64,000 nucleotides of DNA, from NCBI GenBank assembly GCA_965224705.1, contig OZ245056.1:1568001-1632000 (forward strand), written 5' to 3'. Shown in pieces: positions 27,510-36,884 of this stretch. The notes under the pieces were generated by a model. That model made no database searches, had not been told where the DNA came from, and was given only the letters and a program-made list of their open reading frames with translations. Within the stretch, counting starts at the first letter, position 1, and every line of letters starts with the position of its first letter. Position numbers and translations under genes: made by a program. This DNA is from Spirochaetaceae bacterium (lineage in GTDB: Bacteria > Spirochaetota > Spirochaetia > DSM-2461).

Positions 27510-29309
27510 ATGAAACAATATACTGATCAACAAAAAATGGAGTCATCAATGAGTAGTAATGAAATTCTCCTGAAAGCAGAAGAGTATCTCACCCTTGAAG
27601 AGAATGCAGGGTTTCAGAAAGAAATACGAGATCTCCTGGAATCCCGGGATATGGATGAATTAACTGATCGATTCTGGCAGGAATTGGACTTTGGCACTGG
27701 CGGCCTTCGCGGGGTTATTGGTGGTGGTGATAACAGAATAAATACATACACCATCAGCAAAGCGACACAGGGATTGGCCAACTATATAGTTTCCCACGTA
27801 CCGGCAGGGGAGCACAGCGTGGTCATTGCCTGTGACAGCCGTCACTATTCTGAAGTGTTTGCCGAAAAAGCAGCATGTGTCATGGCGGCCAATGGCATTA
27901 AAGCGTGGTTGTTTACTTCTTTACGCCCCACCCCGGTACTATCCTACGCCATCAGACAGCTTGGTGCCTGTGCTGGAATCATGGTAACAGCCAGCCATAA
28001 CCCGGCAAAGTACAACGGCTACAAGGTATTCTGGTCGGATGGAGCTCAGGTCGTTCCTCCCCATGATACAGGAATTATCGCAGAAGTACGCAAAGTGACC
28101 AGCAAGGTCCCGGCCATGGATATTGATGAAGCAAAAAAAGAAGGCATGATAATTCCCGTCGATTCAGCCATTGACGACTCGTATCGAAAAATGGTTGTTC
28201 AACAATCACTTAACCCTGACCTTGTCAAAACAAGGGGTTCAACTCTGAAAATTGCCTACTCCCCACTCCACGGTACGGGTACTGTTCCTGTTGAGGGCAT
28301 TCTGGGTGATCTTGGAATTTCAGTTATGACTGTTCCCGAACAGAGGGAACCGAATGGAGATTTTCCTACTGTGGACTTTCCCAATCCTGAAATTGCTCCG
28401 GCACTGGAAATGGCATTGAATCTGGCTGAAAAAGAAAATGCCGATCTTGTCATGGCAACTGATCCGGATGCGGACAGATTGGGTATTGCAATCCCCGACG
28501 AGGGAAAATGGTGCCTGCTGTCCGGGAACCGTCTGGGTGCATTGCTGGCTGATTATATTTTTCGTACCTGCAAAGAAAAGGGCTGCCTGCCTGCCAATCC
28601 AGCCTTTGTGAATACAATTGTGACCAGTGAGATTCAGAATCGAATTGCTGATTTCTACGGCGCAACAAGTTTCAGAGTTCTCACGGGATTCAAGTACATT
28701 GGCGAGAAAATCAGACAGTTTGAAGCAGACAATCTCTACACCTATGTCTTTGGCGGTGAAGAGAGTTATGGCTATCTGGTAGGAACCTCTGTGAGGGACA
28801 AGGATGCTGTATCCGCTGCTGCCATGACGGCTGAAATGGTACTCTGGAACCAGGAACGGGGTATGAGTGTTATGAATCATCTGGAAGAGCTGTGGAAGAG
28901 ATTTGGGTACTACGATGAGATTTTGATCAGTCGGGACTTTGAAAGCCAGAAGGGCCAGAAACTGATGAATAGTCTGATGACGATGCTCAGAACGGAGCCG
29001 CCAGAAACCATCGCTTCCATCTGTGTCAGCGAAATGAGGGATTTCAAAGATGGAACCACATGGTATTCCAGCAGTGATAAAACGGTGAAAGACATCGCAT
29101 TGCCCTCATCCAATGTTCTCCAGTTTGTACTGGAGGATGGGAGTTTGGTAACAGCCAGACCTTCGGGAACTGAACCGAAAATCAAGTTTTATGCCTCCTG
29201 CCGATCAGATTCGGGAGACAATATCAAGTTAGCTCGTGATGAGTTGGAGGCTAAATTCTCTGGAATCCAGGAATGGATAAACGCATCGATTATCAGGGTG
29301 ATGGGATAG
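27510..29309 (+). CDS. phosphoglucomutase/phosphomannomutase
   Basis: FGTGGLRG, TASHNP, DPDADR, GEESYG, RPSGTEPKIKFY. Start may be at a slightly later ATG. Confidence 0.95.
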   Translation: MKQYTDQQKMESSMSSNEILLKAEEYLTLEENAGFQKEIRDLLESRDMDELTDRFWQELDFGTGGLRGVIGGGDNRINTYTISKATQGLANYIVSHVPAGEHSVVIACDSRHYSEVFAEKAACVMAANGIKAWLFTSLRPTPVLSYAIRQLGACAGIMVTASHNPAKYNGYKVFWSDGAQVVPPHDTGIIAEVRKVTSKVPAMDIDEAKKEGMIIPVDSAIDDSYRKMVVQQSLNPDLVKTRGSTLKIAYSPLHGTGTVPVEGILGDLGISVMTVPEQREPNGDFPTVDFPNPEIAPALEMALNLAEKENADLVMATDPDADRLGIAIPDEGKWCLLSGNRLGALLADYIFRTCKEKGCLPANPAFVNTIVTSEIQNRIADFYGATSFRVLTGFKYIGEKIRQFEADNLYTYVFGGEESYGYLVGTSVRDKDAVSAAAMTAEMVLWNQERGMSVMNHLEELWKRFGYYDEILISRDFESQKGQKLMNSLMTMLRTEPPETIASICVSEMRDFKDGTTWYSSSDKTVKDIALPSSNVLQFVLEDGSLVTARPSGTEPKIKFYASCRSDSGDNIKLARDELEAKFSGIQEWINASIIRVMG

Positions 29310-29317
29310 AATAATCC

Positions 29318-29767
29318 ATGGAAACTCACATTTATACTGACGGAGGCTGTACTGGAAATCCGGGTCCTGGCGGCTGGTCTGCTGTTATACTCATGGATGG
29401 AACGGAACCCATCGAAATCTCAGGGGGCGAGGTCAGCACAACCAATAACAGGATGGAACTGGCGGCCGTGATTCATGGATTGAAAAGAGTCATTGATTTG
29501 AACACAGATCCTGGAGATATTGAAGTCCACACTGATTCCCAATACGTTCAACGGGGTATTTCTGAATGGCTGCCGAACTGGATACGCAAAGGTTGGAAAA
29601 CCGCCAGGAAAAATCCTGTCAAGAACAAAGATCTATGGATGCAGCTCAATGAACTCAATGATACTCTAAACACGAAGTGGACATGGATTCGGGGCCATGT
29701 CGGTGATAGGTGGAATGAACGGTGTGACGAATTAGTTGCCCGTGAACGAGCACGTTTCCAGAATTGA
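29318..29767 (+). CDS. rnhA: ribonuclease HI
   Basis: YTDGGC.GNPGPGGW, TTNNRMEL, TDSQYV, VKNKDLW, GHVG..WNERCD. Confidence 0.97.
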   Translation: METHIYTDGGCTGNPGPGGWSAVILMDGTEPIEISGGEVSTTNNRMELAAVIHGLKRVIDLNTDPGDIEVHTDSQYVQRGISEWLPNWIRKGWKTARKNPVKNKDLWMQLNELNDTLNTKWTWIRGHVGDRWNERCDELVARERARFQN

Positions 29768-29840
29768 AAAATCTCTCCGGCAGGATATTTTGTAAATGTT
29801 GTCCTGTATTAATTCTTTTGATAGAAGCAATTATTTTATT

Positions 29841-29920
29841 TAACAGGCTTCCTGACACAATGAAATATGCCCGGTAAAACTAACAGGCTTCCTGACACAA
29901 TGAAATATGCCCGGTAAAAC
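29841..29920 (+). repeat. exact 40-bp tandem duplication spanning the dusA start
   Basis: TAACAGGCTTCCTGACACAATGAAATATGCCCGGTAAAAC occurs at 29841-29880 and 29881-29920. Confidence 0.95.
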
Positions 29921-30956
29921 AGCTCAGAAAAGGCATACAACTCAGCCAATAAGTCTGGCTCCCATGGTGGATAAAACGAACCGGGACTGGCGAAGGGTGA
30001 TGAGGTTTATCACCAGACACTGCTTATTATACACAGAAATGATTACTGCCCCGGCCGTAATCAGGGGAAACAGGGAAAAATTGCTGGCTTTTGATTCATC
30101 GGAAAAACCATTGGTGCTGCAGTTGGGGTGGGATGAAGGCCCCCTGCTTGCCGAGGCCTGCCGAATCGCCGAAGACTATGGCTATGATGAGATAAACCTG
30201 AACTGCGGTTGTCCCAGTGAAAGGGTACAGCGCCATGAATTTGGTGCCTGTCTCATGGCAGACCCGGGTAAAGTCGCCTTCCTGATTGAATCCATGACCA
30301 GAGCGACATCTTTGCCGGTTACGGTGAAACACCGCACAGGAATTCATTCCCGGAGGGATAATCTAATCCTTGAGAATTATGATACTCTCCACCGCTTTAT
30401 TCGTATCATTTCCAATGTCGGCTGTCTCAAATTCATTGTTCATGCCCGCATTGCCATCCTTGAAGGCTTGAGTCCCAAAGAGAACAGAAACATCCCTCCT
30501 CTTCAGCCGGAACTTGTATATCAGTTGAAAAAGGATTTTCCTCACCTTTTCATTGAGATCAACGGCGGATATAAAACTCCGGAAAGCATTGATGAAACGC
30601 TCAGGCACACCGATGCGGTCATGCTGGGCCGTCTGACTCTGGATGATCCCTGGATGCTTGCCGATGCGGACAGGCGATGGTTTGGCACTGAAGAAACAGG
30701 TCCCTCACGGAGGGAAATTCTGGAAGCGTCCATTCCATATCTTATAAGGCGTGCGGAGCAGGGAGCTTCACGGGGACTTCTTATTCAGGCCTTCATGAAT
30801 CTTTTTGCTGGAAGACATGGGGCCAGAGCCTGGAAGCGGGCCATGACCGAGCTTCCTGCAGCCGGTCCTGATGGGTTTGCCCATGGTCTGGAAAAGGCTG
30901 TATCCCTTATGAATCCTGCACTCCTGGATGAAAAACCGCATCTGAATGGCGTTTGA
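29907..30956 (+). CDS. dusA: tRNA-dihydrouridine synthase A
   Basis: LAPMVD, LYTEMIT, YDEINLNCGCPS.RV, VTVKHRTG, VHARIAILEGLSPKENR, INGG. Confidence 0.93.
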   Translation: MPGKTAQKRHTTQPISLAPMVDKTNRDWRRVMRFITRHCLLYTEMITAPAVIRGNREKLLAFDSSEKPLVLQLGWDEGPLLAEACRIAEDYGYDEINLNCGCPSERVQRHEFGACLMADPGKVAFLIESMTRATSLPVTVKHRTGIHSRRDNLILENYDTLHRFIRIISNVGCLKFIVHARIAILEGLSPKENRNIPPLQPELVYQLKKDFPHLFIEINGGYKTPESIDETLRHTDAVMLGRLTLDDPWMLADADRRWFGTEETGPSRREILEASIPYLIRRAEQGASRGLLIQAFMNLFAGRHGARAWKRAMTELPAAGPDGFAHGLEKAVSLMNPALLDEKPHLNGV

Positions 30957-30979
30957 GTCATCAGGAATTCGCCTGATTT

Positions 30980-31849
30980 TCATGTCTTGCGCAGCGTGGA
31001 AGAATACAGCCCTGAAGCCACGGCAACCAGGGCGAAAGCAATCCCCTTGAGCAGACTGAATGGTTCGCCGTATATCAGAGTTCCAATGAGCAGCATCATT
31101 GTGGGTGCGACGTATTGTAGGAAACCGATAACTCCCAGAGGAAGACATCTTGCTCCAACACCAAACAGCCAGAGGGGAATAAATGTCACGAATCCGGCAA
31201 AGATCAGTAAAATGCTGGTAGAAATACCGTAACCGATAAAATGCAGTTCTCCGCGGAATCCCTTCATACCAAGAAAAATCCCGGCAACAGGACCCAGGAG
31301 CACCAGCACCCAGCCAAGAATTTCTATGCTGTCGAATTCATCAGGAAGTTGTTTAATCATAAGACCATAGAAGCCGAAAGCAATGGCCAGAATCATGCTG
31401 ATCCAGGGGAACACTCCAGTAGCTGCCGCCATAACTGTGACTCCTCCTGAGGCAAGAAGCAAAGCGGCGATACGGACTCTACCCAGTTTCTCTGAGAAGA
31501 ACAACACACCAAGGATGACGTTTATCAGGGGGTTGATGTAGTAGCCCAGACCGACTTCAAGTATCTTCTCTGATGCCACTGCCCAGATGAAGATGCCCCA
31601 GTTGAGGCCTATGAAGATTGATGCTCCGAACAGAAGGCTGATAACTCTCAGATTGTGAACACTTCCGGGAAGCAGACGTCTCCGGATCAGTATAATGAAC
31701 CAGACCAATAGACTGCATCCAGCCACCCTCCAGGCAAGGATCTCCAGGGAGGGTACCGCACCGAGAAATTTCCAGTAAATGGGTAAAATTCCCCAGATTA
31801 CATAGGAGGATGCTGCCGTGATGAATCCGACTCTGGTTTTTCTATTCAT
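30980..31849 (-). CDS. rarD: EamA/RarD family transporter
   Basis: WGILPIYWK, EILAWR, NWGIFIWAV, LGYYINPL, GFLQYVAP. Confidence 0.92.
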   Translation of the reverse strand: MNRKTRVGFITAASSYVIWGILPIYWKFLGAVPSLEILAWRVAGCSLLVWFIILIRRRLLPGSVHNLRVISLLFGASIFIGLNWGIFIWAVASEKILEVGLGYYINPLINVILGVLFFSEKLGRVRIAALLLASGGVTVMAAATGVFPWISMILAIAFGFYGLMIKQLPDEFDSIEILGWVLVLLGPVAGIFLGMKGFRGELHFIGYGISTSILLIFAGFVTFIPLWLFGVGARCLPLGVIGFLQYVAPTMMLLIGTLIYGEPFSLLKGIAFALVAVASGLYSSTLRKT

Positions 31850-31992
31850 ACATTTCCCTGAAGTTATCCCTGCGGATTATCTACTATACTGAGACTTGTG
31901 AACAGCTTGAGATGACCTTTCAGCGGAAAGTCCATTGAGATCCAGAAAAAGATCAACTTGTTGAAACGGTCAATCCTGGCTATAATTTATGT

Positions 31993-33423
31993 ATGTGGAA
32001 TGCCTCGTCATCACGGAAACTTCTGGCCGATCCAGCACAGAGCCGCATCCATCTCATTGGTGCCAAGGGTACGGGCATGTGTGCTCTGGCAGAGATACTT
32101 GTTGCCCGGGGAGCCCATGTCAGCGGTTCGGATACTTCGGAGACATTCTACACGGATAGAATTCTGGATGAACTGGGAGTGCAGGTCAGCATTTTTGACC
32201 AATCACCATTACCTGCCGACATCGATCTGGTTATATGCTCAGCCGCTTACGATGAGAGCAATCCTCATGTGGCTGCCGCAGGAACTCACGGATTGCCCAT
32301 CCTCACTTATCCGGAAGCCCTGGGCTGTTTATCCGACTCCTATACGGCCATAGCTGTAACAGGAGTGCATGGAAAAACAACCACAACAGCGATGACTGGT
32401 ACTTTGGTTAAGGCGCTGCATTTACCGGCCACAGTCGTGGTGGGCAGTGCTGTAGCAGGTTTTGGCAATCGCTCCACCTGGCAGGAAGGAGAAGAAGTTT
32501 TCATCGCTGAAACCTGTGAATATCGCCGACATTTTCTGCACTATCACCCCCAGCGTATTGTTCTTACCAATGTTGAGAGTGATCATCAAGACTATTACCC
32601 GGACTATTCATCAATCAAAACGGCATTCATTGAATTTACAGAATCTCTTCCGCCGAATGGGGAACTCATTTACTGCCAGGATGATGGCGGGGCCCGGGAA
32701 GTTGCCGAAACTCTTTCCATTGAGCGTCCCGATGTTACCCTGACTCCTTACGGTGAAACCGCTGCCGGCCTCTGGGCTGTTGAATTTCTTGAATCGGCCC
32801 CCGGCAGGAATAGATTTCGTCTGGCGGCCTTTGATATTGATTTTAATCTGGCCATTCCAGGGAGGCACATTGCTCTTGATGCCGCTGCTGCTCTGGCTCT
32901 GGTGTCGTCATTAACTCCCAATCTGGATGTCTCAACGGCCGCAGATGCCCTCTCTGGTTTTCAAGGGAGTCGCCGCCGAAGTGAAATTATTGGAGAATCC
33001 GACGGCATATTGGTGATGGATGACTATGCCCACCATCCAACGGCCATCATGGCCACATTGAAAGGATTGAAGGAGTTTTATCCGGATCGCCGTCTTGTGG
33101 TGGATTTCATGCCCCATACGTATAGCAGGACGGCAGCATTGATGGATGACTTTGCCGATTGTTTCCAGCATGCGGACATTCTTTGCCTCCACCCCATATA
33201 TGCATCAGCCCGGGAATCAAATACGGGCAATGTCTCTGGAGAGGAATTAGCTCGAAGAACGGCTGAACGGCGCGGCGAGAAAACAACGGTCTACCATTCT
33301 GATTTTGATGAGTCCTGTATTTTCTATAAGAATCAGCTTTCTCCAGGCGATCTTTTCATCACTCTCGGTGCCGGAAATAACTGGTCCATAGGAAGACGGT
33401 TGTTTGGAGCGATGAACAGATGA
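31993..33423 (+). CDS. murC: UDP-N-acetylmuramate--L-alanine ligase
   Basis: IGAKGTGM..LA, VSGSD, GVHGKTTTT, DDYAHHPT, PHTYSRT, TLGAG. Confidence 0.95.
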   Translation: MWNASSSRKLLADPAQSRIHLIGAKGTGMCALAEILVARGAHVSGSDTSETFYTDRILDELGVQVSIFDQSPLPADIDLVICSAAYDESNPHVAAAGTHGLPILTYPEALGCLSDSYTAIAVTGVHGKTTTTAMTGTLVKALHLPATVVVGSAVAGFGNRSTWQEGEEVFIAETCEYRRHFLHYHPQRIVLTNVESDHQDYYPDYSSIKTAFIEFTESLPPNGELIYCQDDGGAREVAETLSIERPDVTLTPYGETAAGLWAVEFLESAPGRNRFRLAAFDIDFNLAIPGRHIALDAAAALALVSSLTPNLDVSTAADALSGFQGSRRRSEIIGESDGILVMDDYAHHPTAIMATLKGLKEFYPDRRLVVDFMPHTYSRTAALMDDFADCFQHADILCLHPIYASARESNTGNVSGEELARRTAERRGEKTTVYHSDFDESCIFYKNQLSPGDLFITLGAGNNWSIGRRLFGAMNR

Positions 33424-34286
33424 ACAGTATGACTGGCTTCGGCTATGCCGAGAATGAGGACTCTGGAGTGCATATTTCTGCCGAATTGAAGTCTGTCAAC
33501 ACACGGTATCTGGATATAGCCGTTACCCTGCCCCAGGATCTTGCGATGTTTGAAAGCCGTGTACGCAGTATCCTTCAGGAGAAATTCCAGAGAGGACGAC
33601 TGGAACTTACTGTTCGAGTTCAAGAGATGGAGGATGCTCAGTCTGTCAAAGTTGACGAAAGTGCTGCCCTAAAGTGGAAATCCGCTCTGGAAAAACTTGC
33701 ATTGCTTCTGGACAGGGATGCAGAGATTACTCTGGATATGCTGATCCGCCAGGACGGGATTTTCAAAGTGGAAAGAGAGTGGGTATCCGAATCCTGTTGG
33801 CCTTTGCTGGAATCTTTGCTAGAATCAGCAGGAAAACAGGTACTTGCTGACCGGAAGCGTGAGGGACACCGATTGGCAAAGGATATTGAATGTCAACTTG
33901 TGGTAATTGAAAGTTCTCTGGCTCAGATTACCCGGCGTGCTCCTCAAATAAAAGAAGAGATAGAGTCAATGCTGCGCAATCAATTCCAGAACTTTGTTGG
34001 AAACGGCGCTGATGATGCACGTGTCCTGACTGAAATTGCTGCATGGATCATCAAACTTGACATCAACGAAGAGATAGTGCGGTTGAGTTCTCATATAGAT
34101 GCTTTTCGGAGTATTTCTCATGTTCAGGGTGTTCGTGGGAAAAAACTGGATTTCCTGAGTCAGGAAATAAGCCGCGAAATAAACACTATAGGGTCAAAGT
34201 CACAGCGTGCAGATGTTAGCCGTCTGGTGGTCGATATGAAAGATGCCGTGGAAAAAATACGGGAGCAGTTGCGTAATGTTGAATGA
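33420..34286 (+). CDS. yicC: YicC/YloC family endoribonuclease
   Basis: MNSMTGFG, KSVN.RYLD, DINEEIVRL.SH, GKKLDFL.QE..REINTIGSK, REQLRNVE. Confidence 0.93.
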   Translation: MNSMTGFGYAENEDSGVHISAELKSVNTRYLDIAVTLPQDLAMFESRVRSILQEKFQRGRLELTVRVQEMEDAQSVKVDESAALKWKSALEKLALLLDRDAEITLDMLIRQDGIFKVEREWVSESCWPLLESLLESAGKQVLADRKREGHRLAKDIECQLVVIESSLAQITRRAPQIKEEIESMLRNQFQNFVGNGADDARVLTEIAAWIIKLDINEEIVRLSSHIDAFRSISHVQGVRGKKLDFLSQEISREINTIGSKSQRADVSRLVVDMKDAVEKIREQLRNVE

Positions 34287-34821
34287 TATTCGCATAGCTA
34301 TATCCGGTCGAAGTGGGTGTGGAAATACAACGGTGAGCCGTGCTCTTGCAGATTATTTTGGTCTTCGTTTTATCAATTACACATTCAGAAGTATTGCTGA
34401 GGAGGATGGTCTCACCTTTGAGGAAATAACCCGCAGAGCAGAGCTCAGTGATGATGATGATCTTCGAGTTGATACAACACAGATCGAGTTAGCCCGTCAG
34501 TCACCCTCAGTTCTTGGCTCCCGTCTGGCAATCTGGATGTTGAAGGAAGCTGATCTCAAGGTATTCCTTACAGCTCCTCTTGAAACACGAGCTGGACGAA
34601 TTCGAAAAAGAGAAGGGGGTACTCTGGAACATGCTGTCACCTCCACGATGTCAAGAGATGAACGGGATCATTCTCGATACCTGAGACTTTATGGTATTGA
34701 TAACTACGATCTCAATATGGCGGATCTGGTGGTGAACACGGACAGATTCAATGTTAACCAGGTTGTAGATATCATCAAATCTGCTGCAAATGCCATAATC
34801 TACAATAAAACCTTAGTGTGA
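34276..34821 (+). CDS. cmk: cytidylate kinase (short, archaeal-like type)
   Basis: IAISGRSGCGNTT, VLGSRLA, ADLKVFL.A....RA.RI, RY.RLYGID. Confidence 0.85.
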   Translation: MLNDIRIAISGRSGCGNTTVSRALADYFGLRFINYTFRSIAEEDGLTFEEITRRAELSDDDDLRVDTTQIELARQSPSVLGSRLAIWMLKEADLKVFLTAPLETRAGRIRKREGGTLEHAVTSTMSRDERDHSRYLRLYGIDNYDLNMADLVVNTDRFNVNQVVDIIKSAANAIIYNKTLV

Positions 34822-34826
34822 GTTAC

Positions 34827-35095
34827 CCGGTGCCCGAAAGCCTGTAAAACCCCCTTCAACCCATCCCGGGAGTCAAAATGCTATCCGTAAAGAGCAGCTT
34901 ATGTACAACATGCTTCTGTGTGAGACGAGTTGTGTATCGAAAACCATTTTTTTGCTTCGGGGCACTGAAATTGATACATTTCGGGCTAAGACAGTGAGGG
35001 AATAACATGGTAATTTTTTTATAAGTTGTTTTCTTACTATGGTATAACAAGATTGAAATGGATTCTTACTGCATTAACAAGCTTTCTGACACAGG
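34827..35095. mobile_element. degenerate MITE family C copy (269 bp) filling the cmk/acyltransferase gap
   Basis: Ends CCGGTGCCCGAAAGCCTGTAA / TAACAAGCTTTCTGACACAGG, 16 of 21 complementary. Flanks TTAC/TTAA. Contains a long internal hairpin at 34830-34965. Confidence 0.6.
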
Positions 35096-36010
35096 TTAAA
35101 ACAATTCAGGCTGCTTCAGCATCTCCGGATCAAGTTTCGCTTTTTCAGCCAGTCGAAATGGCTCAACTCTGTCATGAATGGCAAAAAGCTCTTCCATTAC
35201 TCTATCCACCACGTATTGCTTGGGATCTGTGCCGTCTGGAGTGCAGGATTCTGCCTTTTTCTTAAACAGCCTGCCATTGAAAATCTCGGAGCAGGTGAAA
35301 ACCATGAGATCACATTTTGGTAAATCCTCTTCCATGTTTTCAGATTCATCGGGCGGCAGGGTGTTTCCATTAATACCCATAAGCACAACATTGTCGAAGG
35401 TCTTCAAATAAGAATGTATCTCCCGAACACCTTTCCGAGTGTTTTCCTTCCAGGGTCTGTATCGAGTACCGGATGGAAAAACGACGATAACCCGTCCATT
35501 ATTCTTATGGTGAATCATTTCCCTCATGGCTGCATGGTTAATTGGGACACTGGTTTTACGAATTTCCCTGAGTTCCTGCGGATCTTCTATACTGTCAAGA
35601 GTTCGACTGGGGTAGATGATGATGGCATCATAAGAACGAGTGAAATTGGCTGTAAGGAAGTTCGTTTCACTTAGTTTCATACCCCGCATTGGAAGAAGTC
35701 TTTCTGCACACTCCAGACCAAGCTCTTCCGTCTTCTCTGTCAGTCGGAAAAGCATTGGAAAATCGAAATTGCTGTAATGCTCGGCTAGAATCAGGCAGGA
35801 TTCCCCGGCTCTGCACCGGCAAAAAAGCTCTACAAGGACCTGAACATTGTCTATTCGGCTTCCTGGCAGAAGAAACAGATCCAATATACTCCCGATAATG
35901 GCGCGACTATTCGCACTTCCAATCTGGAATACGTTTTCCGGGGTTAGATCATAGTTCCCTTTGGTAGAACTTATTTCCAGTATTTTTGTTTTTATTTCTT
36001 TCAGAGTCAT
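35096..36010 (-). CDS. glycerolipid acyltransferase (PlsC/GPAT family)
   Basis: HxxxxD motif (EHYSNFD) and VFPSGTR. Confidence 0.85.
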   Translation of the reverse strand: MTLKEIKTKILEISSTKGNYDLTPENVFQIGSANSRAIIGSILDLFLLPGSRIDNVQVLVELFCRCRAGESCLILAEHYSNFDFPMLFRLTEKTEELGLECAERLLPMRGMKLSETNFLTANFTRSYDAIIIYPSRTLDSIEDPQELREIRKTSVPINHAAMREMIHHKNNGRVIVVFPSGTRYRPWKENTRKGVREIHSYLKTFDNVVLMGINGNTLPPDESENMEEDLPKCDLMVFTCSEIFNGRLFKKKAESCTPDGTDPKQYVVDRVMEELFAIHDRVEPFRLAEKAKLDPEMLKQPELF

Positions 36011-36079
36011 GAATTAATTAACATCCTCTTTTTAGAGACCCATGTAAGGGGAATCTTCCCGGGATGTTTCCATCATTCA

Positions 36080-36781
36080 CTATGGCAGAATAGATGCTGA
36101 TTCGCCCCATCCGTTTATCTGTACCCTCTTATTTGCCGGATCAATGATTTCTTTTCCATCAACAACATAGCGATAAAAACGGGCAGTCTCTGGAATATCA
36201 ACTACTGTAGAATAATAACCAGGTTGGATCAAGGACTCTTCCAGAGGAATAAGAAATGGATCCCAACGATTGAAATCTCCGATTACAGAGACACGGGAAC
36301 CAGAATCCCCTTTATAACCGAATCGAAAAACACTGTCAGAGAGACGGCTCACTCCGGTGGCCGGTGTAATCGAAATTTCCGGGAGACTCAAAAAAGAGAT
36401 TTGAATTCCATGATTATCAGACTCAATATCAGCATATGGGTCAATCGTCCACAAACCATCAACTATTAACCGGTATCGCAAAACTGTCATTCCTTCCGGT
36501 CTGGGAAAGAATAGAACAAATACATCATGTTGATTTTTTTGAAAGGTGTGTAACTGCCGGAATTGGTCATGCTCGAAAGCTATGGACACAGTCCGTGTCT
36601 TTTTTGTTCCAAGGTAGCTGAAAACAATGGTATCCTGAGTTAGAATCGGTTTAAAAGACTTTTCTGTATGAAGAAATCTATAGTTCAATTCAGCATTGAA
36701 GGGAGCAGAATAACCCAACTCTATGAATGAGACGAGAATCACAGCAATGAGAACATTATTTCTGAATCTGTTTCTTCTCAT
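36080..36781 (-). CDS. protein with tandem glycogen-binding (CBM48/AMPK-beta-like) domains
   Basis: YRLIVDGLWTIDP and VIGDFNRWDP...YRYVVDG..IDP.N; signal peptide. Confidence 0.75.
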   Translation of the reverse strand: MRRNRFRNNVLIAVILVSFIELGYSAPFNAELNYRFLHTEKSFKPILTQDTIVFSYLGTKKTRTVSIAFEHDQFRQLHTFQKNQHDVFVLFFPRPEGMTVLRYRLIVDGLWTIDPYADIESDNHGIQISFLSLPEISITPATGVSRLSDSVFRFGYKGDSGSRVSVIGDFNRWDPFLIPLEESLIQPGYYSTVVDIPETARFYRYVVDGKEIIDPANKRVQINGWGESASILP

Positions 36782-36884
36782 GCCCTGCCCATCTCATTAT
36801 ATTTTCGGTCAAAACAGAATTGGCTTTAATCCTCCAATGCAAAGAATTCCCGCCGATACTATATGGGAATAGGACAGATTACTC

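Noticed and set aside
29841..29920. Direct repeats as a CRISPR array
   Set aside because: Two adjacent units with no spacer, and no cas genes in the window.
34870..34900. TCCGTAAAGAGCAGC resembling SRP RNA helix 8
   Set aside because: It lacks the CAGG half of the symmetric loop, and the flanking stems pair better on the opposite strand.
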